From: an uncultured Chloroflexia bacterium
Lineage (GTDB): Bacteria > Chloroflexota > Dehalococcoidia > DSTF01 > JALHUB01
Direction: 5' to 3'
Length of the DNA stretch: 31,124 nucleotides
Assembly (NCBI GenBank): GCA_963726245.1
Contig: CAVSBT010000012.1
Location: 1 to 31,124, forward strand
Below, in pieces: positions 29,943 through 31,124 of this stretch; within the stretch, counting starts at the first letter, position 1; each line of letters opens with the position of its first letter. The notes below the pieces were generated by a model. It was not told the DNA's origin, searched no databases, and saw nothing but the letters and a program-made list of their open reading frames with translations. Made by a program: the position numbers and the translations under genes.

Positions 29943-31124
29943 ATGTCGTTGGCAAGGGCCCTGCCCGTCCTGATCGCCGCCGTCGAGATGAGCCCCCTGG
30001 CCAAGGTGGGCGGTCTGGCCGACGTCATCGGCGCCCTCCCCCGCGCCCTGCGACGCGTCGGCGTCGATGCGCGCGTCGCCCTGCCCCTGCACCACGTCAT
30101 CGACCGCGAAGCACTCCGCCTGCGGCCCGTGGCCGCCGTCCCGGTGCCCACGCCGATGGGCCGACCACCGCCCGCCTGTTCGAGACCACGCTGCGCGACG
30201 TGCCCTCTACTTAGTAGAGAACGAGGCGTTCTTCGGCCGGTCGCGCGTCTACGGAGAGGAGGACGACCTGGAGCGCTGGCTCTTCTTCTGCGACGCCCTC
30301 CTGGCCGCGGCGCCCCATCTCCGCTGCAGCCCGGCTCAGCCCGGGCCTGGCAGCCCCATGTCCTCCACCTGAACGAGTGGCACAGCGCCTTCACGGTCAC
30401 CCGCCTGCTGGCGGCGCCGTCACATCCCTGGGCCTCCTGCGCCCGCGTCTACACCATCCACAACCTAGCCCTCCAGGGCCCCTTCGACCAGCACTTCAGC
30501 CGCCGCCAGGGACTCCCCATCGCCGCCCTGATGGCGCCGCCCGACCAGGAGCCGGACATCGCCTTCAGCGGCATGGCGCAGGGCATCTTGTGGTCCGAGA
30601 TGGTGAGCACGGTCAGCCCCACCTACGCCCGCGAGATCCAGACGCCGGAGTTCGGCGCCGGCCTGGACGGCCTGCTGCGCAGCCGCGGCGACCGGCTGAC
30701 CGCGGTGCTCAACGGCATCGACTATGAGGTCTTCGACCCGGCTCGCGACCCTCACATTCCCGCCAGCTTCAACGCAGACACGCTCGACCGGCGGGCGGAG
30801 AACAAGAGGGCGCTCCAGGAGCGGGCAGGCCTGCCGGTTGAGCCGCGCGTGCCCGTGGCCGGCATGGTCACCCGCCTCTACGACCAGAAGGGCAGCGACC
30901 TGGTGGCGCTGGCTTTCCAGCGCCTTCTCGTCGAGCACGACCTGCAGCTCGTCGTGCTGGGCACGGGCGATCCCTCGCACGAGCGCATGCTCGCCGACCT
31001 GCAGCGCGCCTTCCCTCAGCGCATGGCCCTCGTGCTAGGCTTCGACGAGGCACTGGCGCAGCTCATCTACGCCGGCTGCGACTTCTTTCTGATGCCGTCT
31101 CGCTTCGAGCCCTGCGGCCTGGGC
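29943..31124 (+). CDS. glgA: Glycogen synthase (GT5), compensating indels at ~30160-30330, truncated at the right edge
   Basis: EMSPLAKVGGLADV (KxGGL), HLNEWH, TIHNLALQG, TVSPTYAREI, LNGIDY, TRLYDQKG, MPSRFEPCGL. Confidence 0.93.
   Translation, partial: MSLARALPVLIAAVEMSPLAKVGGLADVIGALPRALRRVGVDARVALPLHHVIDREALRLRPVAAVPVPTPMGRPPPACSRPRCATCPLLSRERGVLRPVARLRRGGRPGALALLLRRPPGRGAPSPLQPGSARAWQPHVLHLNEWHSAFTVTRLLAAPSHPWASCARVYTIHNLALQGPFDQHFSRRQGLPIAALMAPPDQEPDIAFSGMAQGILWSEMVSTVSPTYAREIQTPEFGAGLDGLLRSRGDRLTAVLNGIDYEVFDPARDPHIPASFNADTLDRRAENKRALQERAGLPVEPRVPVAGMVTRLYDQKGSDLVALAFQRLLVEHDLQLVVLGTGDPSHERMLADLQRAFPQRMALVLGFDEALAQLIYAGCDFFLMPSRFEPCGLG

Overview
High-GC bacterial chromosome segment, probably Chloroflexota/Dehalococcoidia-like (inferred from gene content and protein style). 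It carries many 1-2 nt indels even in housekeeping genes, which look like uncorrected long-read errors. Left to right: trpB2 under a complete Trp(UGG) T-box; an NMT1/THI5-type ABC importer; two small metal-binding genes missed by the ORF track (DUF1059-like and DUF5679-like, the latter with a ~250-nt structured leader); the nusA-ylxR-infB-rbfA-truB operon with a rimP-leader-type attenuator but no rimP; two DinB-superfamily genes; a YyaL/SSP411 thioredoxin-domain gene; a TetR-headed operon (TetR, Mu-Com-like zinc finger, DUF6125-like, acyl-CoA dehydrogenase, DinB, 4Fe-4S protein, TIGR04076-like); yitJ; a PAS-LuxR regulator; a SufR-like regulator divergent from iscS; divergent sodX/sodN (Ni-SOD); a CapA-family lipoprotein; LysE; a CIRCE-controlled lone groEL; and glgA. 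GTAG-type REP palindromes occur at four intergenic sites. The best novelty candidates are a switch-like terminator/antiterminator leader before glgA and a Com-like zinc-finger gene followed by AGAG repeats that overlap an internal terminator-like hairpin.
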